IMG/VR virus record: IMGVR_UViG_3300044568_002423
Direction: 5' to 3' (one strand)
Length of the DNA: 64,000 nucleotides
Source: a virus
Within the stretch, counting starts at the first letter, position 1; the number at the start of each line of letters is the position of its first letter. The notes beneath the pieces were generated by a model. That model saw nothing but the letters and a program-made list of their open reading frames with translations. It searched no databases and was not told where the DNA came from. Shown here in pieces: positions 28,204 through 37,499 of this stretch. Position numbers and translations under genes: made by a program.

Positions 28204-28934
28204 TATTTTACCTGTGCCCTAAATGTATAGTTATACTTTGCAATACCGCTATCAACCGTTATCTGTAACGCACCCCCATCATTTATTTTGACAGTTTTGT
28301 CACCAAACAGGTTTAATACACTGATTACTAATGATTTTGGCCATGCCCAATTTGATTTCAATATACCGGAGACATTTGGATGGAATACAAAATTACCAGC
28401 ATGGGTATTCAAATCACCGAAGCTTATAACTAGGTTTCCATCCTGTGTAGTAGTTTGAAATACAGTTTCTTCGGTATGTGCTGATGCTTGGAATTTCAAT
28501 CGTTGAATATTTGTTTGGGTTGGTTCAAACTGAACTTGCCAAGTTGTTCCTGAAAAATTAGGATTGCCAACTTGTTTATCAATAATAAATCTATTAATAA
28601 ATCGATAATCATTTTGAAAGTCACCAGAGGCATTTTCAAAATGTAATCCAGTAGGTATTACTTCACCATCACGAGTTTCGGTAAGTAATTTAATAGTTGC
28701 GTTATCTTGATATTCTGGGCATTTTAGATGTAAATCTAACTTATTTAAGTATGTCATGCCAAATACGCCAGATAACTTTGTTAATGGAACATGTGTAATT
28801 CCATTCAACATCATTATTTTATCTTCAGATATAGCATCAATGATGGTAGATTCTGGAGTAGCGGTAATTCTAATAGCTGGAACTACTCCTAGACTGTGGG
28901 TATGTGAGACGACATCTTGTAGAAAATCTTTCAT
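28203..28934 (-). CDS. Sliding clamp (gp45/PCNA-like)
   Basis: 243 aa, directly downstream of the polymerase, clamp-like C-terminus 'GALQITVDSGIAKYNYTF'. Confidence 0.7.
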   Translation of the reverse strand: MKDFLQDVVSHTHSLGVVPAIRITATPESTIIDAISEDKIMMLNGITHVPLTKLSGVFGMTYLNKLDLHLKCPEYQDNATIKLLTETRDGEVIPTGLHFENASGDFQNDYRFINRFIIDKQVGNPNFSGTTWQVQFEPTQTNIQRLKFQASAHTEETVFQTTTQDGNLVISFGDLNTHAGNFVFHPNVSGILKSNWAWPKSLVISVLNLFGDKTVKINDGGALQITVDSGIAKYNYTFRAQVK

Positions 28935-28961
28935 TATTTAATGTTCCTTTAATTAGTGGGT

Positions 28962-28990
28962 ATTATACTATTATTTTATGAGTTTGTCAA
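28962..28990 (-). promoter_or_regulatory. Sigma70 consensus promoter
   Basis: TTGACA-N17-TATAAT upstream of the clamp gene. Confidence 0.8.
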
Positions 28991-28998
28991 GTAGTTTT

Positions 28999-31671
28999 TT
29001 AATAACTGAATAAACTATCAATTGATGTTTTTTCATAAGTATTATGCAAATTCCAATCAAGTACCCCAATCAAATTTGATACTTTCTTGTCAATGATAAC
29101 TGCTTCCATTTCAGCATGTTCAAATGGTAAATCTTTAAACCATTGGGGCAATCTAAATTCATCAACTGGATATGCCACGCTGGTAAATCCAAGTGGATTA
29201 TTTTTAAGTTTACAAACAATTACTTTGGCGCCATCAATAATATTCATTGAATACTTGTCACCATACATTTGTTTTAATACATTCCAGTTAATACTAGCTC
29301 GTACATGCCCGGGCATATTTATTTTACCCTTGACAGATTCTTTAAGTTGGTATTTGGTAATATTATTGGCTCGTTTTGGTGAACCTTTTTCCCATCCCGG
29401 CATTGCTTTAAACTTTGCTCGAAACTCAGTGATATGCTGTAAGACTTGTTCTTCTGGGATACCAGTGAGCACTTGTTCTAATACTTCACTTAAAAAGTTT
29501 TGTACGAACTCCGGGGTATCACTTCTTTTAAGATCCAATCCCATTGCTTTAATTTCACCAGCTTTGCCATTCGTATCTTTACGCTTTCCTTCTTTATCGT
29601 ATACCAATACTGAATATCGTTTTTTGGTAATGAATAGTGCCTTACTACCTACAATTTCTCGACCGGCTTTGATAACATCCCCTCTAGAAGGTGGACAATG
29701 AAATGAGTTTAACATGAACTGTGAAAACGTAGTATTAACTTCTTCACCAATTTCATCATATAAATTAGCTATAGATTCTCTCGTCCATTCAACATTGCCA
29801 GCAATTATTTCATTTTTTAAAGTAGGATAAGCGGAGAAATAAACAGAATCGGTATCACAGTAAATGATTGCATCGCCAGTATGATTATATTGTCCAGTTA
29901 TAATCTCGTTAACTTTTGCCGCCATATGTTTATCAATTTGCTTGCCGGTCAGGGTAACGGATTGTCCTATTCTCTTATCATAAAATCGACAGCCTTGGTT
30001 AAGTATAGCACCATATAATGAATTTAGAACAATCTTTTTAACTAACTGACGTTTATCCCAATATTCTTCCTGTTCCTTATCACCACTGGCGATTGCTTCT
30101 TTGAGTTTTTTCTGCATATCCTTACGTTCAGCATACCATCGCTTTAACAGTCCTGGGATAATAGCTTCACGATCATAAGCAAATATAGTACCGTTGGCAC
30201 TTAACATCCATGGTTGATTATTATCAAATATAAGTTGATATACTCTATCGGCACTAGCTACATCATTACCGCCATCTTCCCAATCAATTGTTATCTCTGT
30301 TTCAATTTCTCGATTCATTACTGCTTCATATTCTAATGACCCGAATAGTTTTTCCCAAGCAGAAGTTATTGACTTACCCTTGGCTTTTTCACCTTGAAGG
30401 TAAGCATCGGTCATTGTTTGTCTTAATTGTCCAACGATTGTTTCTGGACCCATGTTTAATGCACGAATAACTGATGGATAGAGAGAGTTTATATCTAATG
30501 ACCCAAGCCAATCATGCATTCCTTTTTTAGGATAAGCCACGTAAGCACCAGCAGCGCCATCATCTTCCGCAGATTTTCTTTCAGTCCTAACACGATTAGG
30601 AACTTGAAATCCCCTACGATGTGCTTCATTGATAATAGACTGTTCCGTTACTGCTACTGCTCCCATTGTAGTTGGCAATAGGACGGTACTTTCATGTGCT
30701 AGAACATTTGCAATATCCATGAACTTAAGTTTTTTATCTAGTCTTTCCAACAGCATGGTATCTTGTCTATTATATTCAATAAACTTTTTGAAGTCATTAT
30801 TGTATAATTGGTCAAGTGTGCCTTCGTACTGTGTTTTTCTTTCACCTAATTCATATTCAGCAATGGCATCTAACCGATAACTATGTCGTTCCTCATATGT
30901 ATATTTTCGATATAATTCCAAACTATCTAAGTGAACTCGTCCAACTAAATCATAAGTGACAGCCGCCTTGCCATACTTTTCATATTCACGACGTTTTGGT
31001 AACTGATCCCATAAGCACATGCGTCTAGTATCATTTTTACTTAACGCCTTTGTAATTCTATTAACGGTATATGGTATATCAAATCCTTCTGAATTCCACC
31101 CGCTAAGTACATCAGAATCTTTAATTAAGTCTAAGAACGTGTCAAGCATTTCAGCTTCTGTTGTGAACAATAACGTATTGGGAAACTCTGCTACTAGTTC
31201 AGTTGCTTCCTCCATGGATAATGTTTTTGGCGGCACCGCCAAGCAGACTAGTGTGTTTAGCCACTGTAAATATACAGCAATTGCTGTGATTGGCATAAAT
31301 GCATCATCTGGCGAAGCATATCCACGTTCAGGGTCAAAATCGACCTCGATATCGTACCACGCTACGTTTAGTTTAGGCGCATCTTTGTTTAGATAATTAT
31401 CACTTAAACAAACATAAACCGGATTGATGTCAGATTCAAATATTTGTTTATTGTTATTGATAGATAATTCTTTTCGAAATTCTTTTGAATTTTTACAAAC
31501 AATCTTGGAAACAGGTTTTCCATATATTGATTGATATTTACCACGTGGGTCATCCACGTAGAAAGTTCGTTTGACTGGGTATTCTTTAAATATTCTTTCG
31601 CCTGATAGGCTTCGTTCAACAAGGTTAACAATATCTGTATCCTTGTCATAATATGCATCGACGTAACTCAT
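28999..31671 (-). CDS. polB: Family B DNA polymerase (T4 gp43-like)
   Basis: ExoI 'YDIEV', ExoII 'GWNSEGFD', ExoIII 'YNRQD'; polymerase motifs 'DINSLYPS', 'KIVLNSLYG', 'YCDTDS', 'KKRY'. Confidence 0.95.
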   Translation of the reverse strand: MSYVDAYYDKDTDIVNLVERSLSGERIFKEYPVKRTFYVDDPRGKYQSIYGKPVSKIVCKNSKEFRKELSINNNKQIFESDINPVYVCLSDNYLNKDAPKLNVAWYDIEVDFDPERGYASPDDAFMPITAIAVYLQWLNTLVCLAVPPKTLSMEEATELVAEFPNTLLFTTEAEMLDTFLDLIKDSDVLSGWNSEGFDIPYTVNRITKALSKNDTRRMCLWDQLPKRREYEKYGKAAVTYDLVGRVHLDSLELYRKYTYEERHSYRLDAIAEYELGERKTQYEGTLDQLYNNDFKKFIEYNRQDTMLLERLDKKLKFMDIANVLAHESTVLLPTTMGAVAVTEQSIINEAHRRGFQVPNRVRTERKSAEDDGAAGAYVAYPKKGMHDWLGSLDINSLYPSVIRALNMGPETIVGQLRQTMTDAYLQGEKAKGKSITSAWEKLFGSLEYEAVMNREIETEITIDWEDGGNDVASADRVYQLIFDNNQPWMLSANGTIFAYDREAIIPGLLKRWYAERKDMQKKLKEAIASGDKEQEEYWDKRQLVKKIVLNSLYGAILNQGCRFYDKRIGQSVTLTGKQIDKHMAAKVNEIITGQYNHTGDAIIYCDTDSVYFSAYPTLKNEIIAGNVEWTRESIANLYDEIGEEVNTTFSQFMLNSFHCPPSRGDVIKAGREIVGSKALFITKKRYSVLVYDKEGKRKDTNGKAGEIKAMGLDLKRSDTPEFVQNFLSEVLEQVLTGIPEEQVLQHITEFRAKFKAMPGWEKGSPKRANNITKYQLKESVKGKINMPGHVRASINWNVLKQMYGDKYSMNIIDGAKVIVCKLKNNPLGFTSVAYPVDEFRLPQWFKDLPFEHAEMEAVIIDKKVSNLIGVLDWNLHNTYEKTSIDSLFSY

Positions 31672-31689
31672 TATATAATCCTTTATATT

Positions 31690-31711
31690 TTTGTGATTTC
31701 CGGCTCACAAA
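31690..31711 (-). promoter_or_regulatory. Hairpin just upstream of the polB ribosome-binding site (possible translational operator)
   Basis: Minus strand TTTGTGA-GCCGGAAA-TCACAAA followed by AATATAAAGGA...ATG. Confidence 0.45.
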
Positions 31712-31731
31712 TACCAATATTGATAGCACAA

Positions 31732-31759
31732 GGTTGAGAGAAGATCATTTCTCTCAACC
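31732..31759 (-). terminator. 11-bp hairpin between the dsDNA-binding gene and polB
   Basis: GGTTGAGAGAA-N6-TTCTCTCAACC; lacks a clear U tract. Confidence 0.45.
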
Positions 31760-31768
31760 GATTATTTA

Positions 31769-32023
31769 TTAGATATTTTTAGTAATATCTAAGATTGCTT
31801 CTACTTCTTCCCATTCTTCATTATGCGTAGTCCAATTGCCCTTATGAGCAATTTTAATAGCACGGTTGATTACGGATGGTTTTAACATTAATTCTTCCGC
31901 TACTGCTTTCACGGTTTCTTTCAATCCTTCTTGTAAATCTTCTATTTCACGAAGAACAGTGCCGCCTTCGGCGATTAGTCTTTCTAATTTAGATTTTTCT
32001 TCTGGGCCATATGCACGACTCAT
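31769..32023 (-). CDS. Small dsDNA-binding protein (T4 DsbA/GapR-like)
   Basis: 84-aa coiled 'L...I.EG..VLREIEDL.EGL.ETVKA.AEEL..KP...N.AI..AHK'. Confidence 0.6.
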   Translation of the reverse strand: MSRAYGPEEKSKLERLIAEGGTVLREIEDLQEGLKETVKAVAEELMLKPSVINRAIKIAHKGNWTTHNEEWEEVEAILDITKNI

Positions 32024-32057
32024 GATTTCTCCTTTTTGTTATTAATAATAAAAGTTT

Positions 32058-32086
32058 ATTATACATCATTTTTATAAGTATGTCAA
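32058..32086 (-). promoter_or_regulatory. Sigma70 consensus promoter for the polB operon
   Basis: TTGACA-N17-TATAAT. Confidence 0.8.
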
Positions 32087-32092
32087 GTTTAA

Positions 32093-32100
32093 TATAAATA
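32093..32100 (+). promoter_or_regulatory. T4-type late promoter TATAAATA
   Basis: Exact T4 consensus, 5 nt before the HNH ATG. Confidence 0.55.
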
Positions 32101-32105
32101 TTTAC

Positions 32106-32531
32106 ATGTCAAATCATAGAATTCCTCCAAAACCAGCATATTTTGCCAACGCAGTTCCGGGAACATGTCGCTGGTGTAATAAAAAAATAGGACTAACACC
32201 AAAGGGACGAGAAAGTAAAGCAGTATGGCATAAAGAATGTGTTGAGGAATATAAATTATTATTCTGGCCATCATCCACCCGTAAAGCAGTTTGGTTACGC
32301 GACAAAGGTAAGTGTAATCATTGTAATACTGTTTGCTCTCGTAAGGGAGTTACTAAATGGCATATGGATCACATTGTACCATTGATTGAGGCAAATGGCA
32401 ATATAAAATATTGGCAACTGGGAAATTTACAAACATTATGCAAATCATGTCATATAATTAAGACTTCCAATGAGGCAACTGATCGTGCTACTAAACGTAG
32501 AATATTAAAAGAGAAAAGTGGAAAAAAGTGA
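32106..32531 (+). CDS. HNH endonuclease
   Basis: 'RD...CNHC...DHIVPL..G...NLQTLC..CH..K' McrA-type HNH plus an N-terminal CxxC. Confidence 0.9.
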   Translation: MSNHRIPPKPAYFANAVPGTCRWCNKKIGLTPKGRESKAVWHKECVEEYKLLFWPSSTRKAVWLRDKGKCNHCNTVCSRKGVTKWHMDHIVPLIEANGNIKYWQLGNLQTLCKSCHIIKTSNEATDRATKRRILKEKSGKK

Positions 32532-32554
32532 AAATATAAATATTATATTTTCAC
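32528..32554. terminator. AT-rich hairpin between convergent genes
   Basis: GTGAAAATATAA-ATA-TTATATTTTCAC. Confidence 0.45.
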
Positions 32555-32562
32555 AATTTAAT

Positions 32563-33147
32563 TTATGGTGCGGGTAGTGCTTTTTGATCACCAATTATCG
32601 CATCATAATGATCCATTGTTAATGTATCGCCTGTTTCGCTTAATTGAATTAGCATTTCAGTAACATTGTGTAAATCCATATCAGTTTTAGCATCTTCACG
32701 AGCATATTCCAATAAACGAATTAATAATGGAATATCAACTTTTACAACATCTTGTTCATTGATATCTTCCATTGGTTCATTACTCATTAATCCTGGACCA
32801 ACACCTCCAGAAAATCCACCTGAATGTCCAGGAATAGTATGTTCTTTCATTTGGACACGTTCGGCAATAACTTTAGCATATTGATGCATTAGTTGACGAC
32901 TTTCGGCTTTTTTATTAAGTATTTCTTCTTCCGCTTCGGCGAAGTATTTTTTAAACAATGAAGGGGTACTTGTGATTTCTTTAATTGGTTCAGCATAATG
33001 TTGCATGGCCATTTGTATAGGTAAGCTAACCTTGTGAGGATTAGCTCCTTCTGTTACTATACTCATGAATTTTTTCATACTAGTAGAATCTTCCACTGAC
33101 GTAGACGAACCTTTATCTAATGCCTGTAAAATCTTCTTCATATCCAT
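32563..33147 (-). CDS. Probable capsid-internal protein
   Basis: 'MKKFMSIVTEG' resembles a T4 capsid-targeting sequence; several hydrophobic-x-E sites (MKE, INE). Confidence 0.55.
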   Translation of the reverse strand: MDMKKILQALDKGSSTSVEDSTSMKKFMSIVTEGANPHKVSLPIQMAMQHYAEPIKEITSTPSLFKKYFAEAEEEILNKKAESRQLMHQYAKVIAERVQMKEHTIPGHSGGFSGGVGPGLMSNEPMEDINEQDVVKVDIPLLIRLLEYAREDAKTDMDLHNVTEMLIQLSETGDTLTMDHYDAIIGDQKALPAP

Positions 33148-34589
33148 TATTTTAAACCACTTAACATCTTAATAACTGATAATTCAGCACTTTCATTGAT
33201 TGATTCTTTTTTAGCCAATGATGCTTTGCGTACAGCTGCATCTTTTCGTTTTTTAGCTTTCATCCAATCTGCATTGCCTTTAGCAATCCCACTTTCATCA
33301 TCTTCTTCATCGGCAGCACTAATGCTATCATCAGCAGCTTTCATTTTTCCAGATTGTCTTTCAGCGTGTGCTTCATGCCCTGCTTTTGAAAATGGACTTT
33401 CTTTCTTCCATGGTTTCAAGTTAAGTTCAGCTAATTGAGATTCATTGAACTCGCCAGGATGTTTTGCCGCCCATTCTTCTGGTGATGCTACTGGTTCATT
33501 AGTATTTAATTGTTGACCAGTTGCAGTAACCCCGCCTGATTGTTCCAAATGATCTTTTAACCAATTAATTCGATAATCAATTTGTGGTTCCCATTCAGTG
33601 CCAGCATATTGTTGTTTCATAGCTAGTAGTTGTTCTAGTTGACTAGGACCTTCTAACTCGGTATTTTCTTTAACTGCTTCTCTTTTAATGTTTTTCCACA
33701 TCGCAGCAGCAGCAACAGCTTTTGGATCTTTGGCGCCGCTTTTCTTAGCAGCTTTTTCTACTTTTTCAAAACCTGGACCTTTTTTACCGATATCTTTACC
33801 AGCTTTAGCAGCTTTTACGGTAGCGGATTTCTTTTCAGCAGATAATCCAGCACTCGGTTTGGCTTCATCTAATTCCATAGATTTTTTATGTTTAACATCG
33901 CCAGCCTTAGCTGCCTTTTTCTTATCAGTATGAACGCCAGCACCACTTGTGGTAGCTTTTGCATTTTTCGCTACAAAATTACGAGGTTTTACAAATTCTT
34001 CTTCCTTAGCTTCTTCTACTTTTTTAGATTTAGTAGCACCTGCGATTTTATCCGCATATGTAATTTTATCTTTAGGTGGAGCAAGAGCGGCAAATTTCTT
34101 ATTTTTAGCAGAAGTTTCTTTCATACAAGTTTCTTCTTTCTTTCCAGCCATTTTTTCAGCTTGAAGTTTCTTAAGTTTAGAAACTTTATCTTTAGCTTCC
34201 ATCAGCATAGAGGACATTGCTTGTTTTTGACTTTCTGAAAGAACGTCACTGTCAGATAATTTTTGTCCATATTCGCTGATTTTCATTTCATATTCTAGAT
34301 AATGATATACAGATGCTATATAGTCAGCAGCTTTAGTGACTTTTGCTTGAACCCATGATTCAAATTGGTCATTGTCTTCTATTTTCTTAAATAATTTGTA
34401 GCTATATTGTGCTAATTTAAATAAATCAGCTTTAACCATCGCTCCTTCATTGTCGATAGAACCATCAGGCAATAATCCAGCAGTTGGTTCAGCAGGCATA
34501 TCAGCAGAAGGTGCTATTTGTGATGGCATGTCAGCAGGCATCGCCCCTGACATATCTAATTCGCTAAGTTGTTTGGTTGTACGTTCCAT
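33147..34589 (-). CDS. Probable capsid-internal/scaffold-like modular protein
   Basis: K/E/A-rich with many (L/I/V/M/F)xE junctions; C-terminal 'INESAELSVIKMLSGLK'; GATAAATA at 34617-34610. Confidence 0.6.
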   Translation of the reverse strand: MERTTKQLSELDMSGAMPADMPSQIAPSADMPAEPTAGLLPDGSIDNEGAMVKADLFKLAQYSYKLFKKIEDNDQFESWVQAKVTKAADYIASVYHYLEYEMKISEYGQKLSDSDVLSESQKQAMSSMLMEAKDKVSKLKKLQAEKMAGKKEETCMKETSAKNKKFAALAPPKDKITYADKIAGATKSKKVEEAKEEEFVKPRNFVAKNAKATTSGAGVHTDKKKAAKAGDVKHKKSMELDEAKPSAGLSAEKKSATVKAAKAGKDIGKKGPGFEKVEKAAKKSGAKDPKAVAAAAMWKNIKREAVKENTELEGPSQLEQLLAMKQQYAGTEWEPQIDYRINWLKDHLEQSGGVTATGQQLNTNEPVASPEEWAAKHPGEFNESQLAELNLKPWKKESPFSKAGHEAHAERQSGKMKAADDSISAADEEDDESGIAKGNADWMKAKKRKDAAVRKASLAKKESINESAELSVIKMLSGLK

Positions 34590-34612
34590 GTTAAAACTCC
34601 GTTATCCTATAT

Positions 34613-34891
34613 TTATCTTCTTTTAATTACTATTGCTTCATTAGTAGGAGCACCAAACAGACTGGTTCCTTTGATATCTAATGCATTTTTAGCAGTGCCT
34701 TGGGCTGTTTTAGGTTGAACTACTTTTGGTTGTGGGGGTGCTGTAGTTCCACTTTTTCCAGGAGATCCAATATAAGATTTTTTACCTCTAGCCTTTCCTG
34801 GACTTAATTGTGGAGCTGTCACTGTTCCGATATTAGCGGAGCTAGTCGCACCAGCAGTAGCTGTTTCACCTAATATTTCTATTATTTTCAT
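34613..34891 (-). CDS. Probable small internal head protein
   Basis: N-terminus 'MKIIEILGE' resembles the T4 CTS MKTYQEFIAE. Confidence 0.6.
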   Translation of the reverse strand: MKIIEILGETATAGATSSANIGTVTAPQLSPGKARGKKSYIGSPGKSGTTAPPQPKVVQPKTAQGTAKNALDIKGTSLFGAPTNEAIVIKRR

Positions 34892-34900
34892 ATTCTTTCC

Positions 34901-35164
34901 TTAAGGCACATTAGGTCGAGTAAACCATAACTCGAACCATTCTGGGGTGCCTGCTTTTATATCTTGTTCTCTTTGTATTTTCCCACGGTCATCTGAAAAT
35001 ACTGGTGTTTGATTAGCACGATATTCTTGTATTCGTGCGTCAGCGCCTAATCCGCCCATATAAGCAGACAGTTTTAATTCTTGAATTGGATCATCTGGGG
35101 CTAGATAGCAATCATCTGGACTGTCGGTGGTTAAATCGGCTGAGGTAATACGATATTGCTTCAT
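34901..35164 (-). CDS. Hypothetical protein
   Basis: 87 aa, 'I.AGTPEWFELWF'; TAATG coupling. Confidence 0.7.
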   Translation of the reverse strand: MKQYRITSADLTTDSPDDCYLAPDDPIQELKLSAYMGGLGADARIQEYRANQTPVFSDDRGKIQREQDIKAGTPEWFELWFTRPNVP

Positions 35165-35880
35165 TATATGCCGTATTTGTTCTTTTTAATCTTTGCTACT
35201 GGGCTAGTCTTATATGTATCATCTAATTCTACACTGCGATTTGATGATAGTCTTTTCAATGGTCCTACATCTGTTTGTTTACCAGCAAACTTTACCATTT
35301 CCCATTCTTCATCAGTATAGGTAGTTAATAATGGATCTCCACCAATATCATTAACTGCTTTGGTTGGAAATTCAGGAGCACCAGCTAATGCTAATCCAAA
35401 CCGATATGACTTATACGAATCTCCGGCATTATTGTTCGCCGCTGGGGTTGTTATTGCCCCTTTTATACTACTTGTAGCAGTTTTTGAAAGTTTTTTAACG
35501 CCGCCTTCTTTAAGAAAAGTATCATACATATCCTGCATGGCTTCTTCTAAATTAAACGCATCTAGATTTTTTTGTGGAGTTTTAGAATTTACATCAGGGG
35601 TTGAATTTTGTTTAGTAATTATTCCCACACCAGCGCATTCCTCATTACGAGGGCGGGTACGTGTTTTAAATTTTCTACCAGTCTTCTTTAATAAATTCCA
35701 AGGATTATTCAAGTCATGTCTGCCAGTTTTCTTTCTAGCAAACATACTCAATTCTTCATCGGCAATTATATCAGACTCTTCTTTTTTACCCATTGGATTG
35801 GCTACTTCTTCCAAATTGCCATCATGTTTAAGGATATTATATAATCCTTCTAAAAGCTCAGTTACTTTAAAACCATCCAT
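35164..35880 (-). CDS. Probable internal head protein
   Basis: 'FKVTELLEG' N-terminus; LEE/LKE junctions separating short modules. Confidence 0.55.
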   Translation of the reverse strand: MDGFKVTELLEGLYNILKHDGNLEEVANPMGKKEESDIIADEELSMFARKKTGRHDLNNPWNLLKKTGRKFKTRTRPRNEECAGVGIITKQNSTPDVNSKTPQKNLDAFNLEEAMQDMYDTFLKEGGVKKLSKTATSSIKGAITTPAANNNAGDSYKSYRFGLALAGAPEFPTKAVNDIGGDPLLTTYTDEEWEMVKFAGKQTDVGPLKRLSSNRSVELDDTYKTSPVAKIKKNKYGI

Positions 35881-35898
35881 CTTAATTATCCTTAATTT

Positions 35899-36426
35899 TT
35901 ATTCTAGATATTCACCTACTATATCAAAGAATTTTAGTACTCTATTATTTATTTTAATTTCAGTATCGGCAGAAATCCCTGCTACTTCACTGAATAATTT
36001 CCTATCACCTTGTTGAACTGCCTTCCGTAAATCTGTAGCAGAACTTATCCTAGGTGTAGGTTGTTGGCTAATATTATCAAATTTGTAATAACCATGACTT
36101 CCAGCAAATCCATTGTATTTTGATAGTTGCGTGGTTAACCAGTCTTCATCAGTACATATTTTTAATTCAATATGTTCACCAAATTTATCATAAATGGTAG
36201 CTGCCAAAGTAAACAAACTTTTCTCTGGAATAACATGCTCGGCAATTTCAGGAAGTAATGCTTCCATTGTTTTCAATTTAACATCGTATGGTAGTGGGTT
36301 GGTTGGTCCATTGGTAGATGGATTAGTACCCACGTAATAGTTGTCAAACTGCGATGCTGTTTCCCATGCTTCTTTATGTCCTTTGTGCGGCGGATTAAAC
36401 CTACCAAAGCATACACCAATTTTCAT
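35899..36426 (-). CDS. HIGH-superfamily nucleotidyltransferase (cytidylyltransferase/NMNAT-like)
   Basis: 'FGRFNPPHKGH', 'NPL....K', C-terminal 'ISSATDLR'; ATGA overlap gives start 36426. Confidence 0.85.
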   Translation of the reverse strand: MKIGVCFGRFNPPHKGHKEAWETASQFDNYYVGTNPSTNGPTNPLPYDVKLKTMEALLPEIAEHVIPEKSLFTLAATIYDKFGEHIELKICTDEDWLTTQLSKYNGFAGSHGYYKFDNISQQPTPRISSATDLRKAVQQGDRKLFSEVAGISADTEIKINNRVLKFFDIVGEYLE

Positions 36427-37499
36427 GGTAGCCACCTATGTCTAGGTACTAACTTAATATTTCCAAATGGTGTGTTACTATACCTAACCCATCCTTCAGA
36501 ATTACTAGTGGTGATATCACCCGCGGTATCACCTAATTGGTCAATTATTGCATTTTTTAATTCTATTATGTATTTAACCAAATTAAACATAATTGTTACA
36601 CTACCTTGATATTGATTTACACGATTTTTAATCTTTATTTGTTGAGTTGGACTAATTTTACTTGATTCCAACCATGATACAAAATCATCACCAACGGTAT
36701 CTAATTGATGTTGTTTTGCTTTATAATTCATATATCTATACAGATAATCCTTAAATGCAGCTACTCCCTGAATAGGTTCAAGGAAACTATCTAATAAATC
36801 AGCATTATCAATGATATACTGTTCAACTTCATTTATTTTTTTATGGTTTAATACAGGTTGACTGGTAGCATAGTGTGGACCTAATATAATTAACTCATTA
36901 GATACAAATTCTGAAAAATCATCCTTTGGTATTTGGGCATCGTCCATCATACCAAATTCTGGGAAATAAGCATGTCCTACTACCATCACAGCTGCTTTTT
37001 CAATCACCGATCCCAATATAGAATATTGGTCTATATGATATCCCGTTTTTTTATTAGGATATAAATTATACCGATTATTTTCTACGCTAGGATGTGATGT
37101 AAATAAGGCATCGCCATACACAAATCCAACAAAATCTAACGGAGTTGCCACATCAAACGCCTGATATAAATTAGCAAATTCTGCTGCGAACTTAATTCGT
37201 TCAATCTTTTCCAAGTCAGTCTTTGGATCACCTGATTGATTAACGATAAAATCAAACAATTCCGCGCCCGAGCATGTCTTAATACCTCTTGCCCAACTAT
37301 TATGTCCGGACAGGATTAATGGTCCATTAACATATTCTCGTCCCCAATAAATTTGTAATCCACCATCCCATTTCATACGAACAGAACTGGCATCTTCATT
37401 TATCTCATTGATATGTCGTAATGCTTCTGTTGCACCAGCGGAACCGTAGAAGAAAGTCAAATCTTCTAAGTGATTAAATGCCCTGCCTAATTTTTTCAT
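36423..37499 (-). CDS. ATP-dependent ligase/capping-fold nucleotidyltransferase (DUF6267-like)
   Basis: Motif I 'MKWDG', III 'VYGDAL', IV 'SEGWV', V 'IKLV'; N-terminal 'HLEDL'. Confidence 0.7.
   Translation of the reverse strand: MKKLGRAFNHLEDLTFFYGSAGATEALRHINEINEDASSVRMKWDGGLQIYWGREYVNGPLILSGHNSWARGIKTCSGAELFDFIVNQSGDPKTDLEKIERIKFAAEFANLYQAFDVATPLDFVGFVYGDALFTSHPSVENNRYNLYPNKKTGYHIDQYSILGSVIEKAAVMVVGHAYFPEFGMMDDAQIPKDDFSEFVSNELIILGPHYATSQPVLNHKKINEVEQYIIDNADLLDSFLEPIQGVAAFKDYLYRYMNYKAKQHQLDTVGDDFVSWLESSKISPTQQIKIKNRVNQYQGSVTIMFNLVKYIIELKNAIIDQLGDTAGDITTSNSEGWVRYSNTPFGNIKLVPRHRWLP

Noticed and set aside
28999-31671. Intein or intron in polB
   Set aside because: Normal length, contiguous motifs, no splice-junction signatures.
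29087-36016. Long antisense ORFs (e.g. 29087..29701, 35360..36016) and similar shadows elsewhere
   Set aside because: They mirror well-supported genes on the other strand, as expected from codon bias, and show no motifs.
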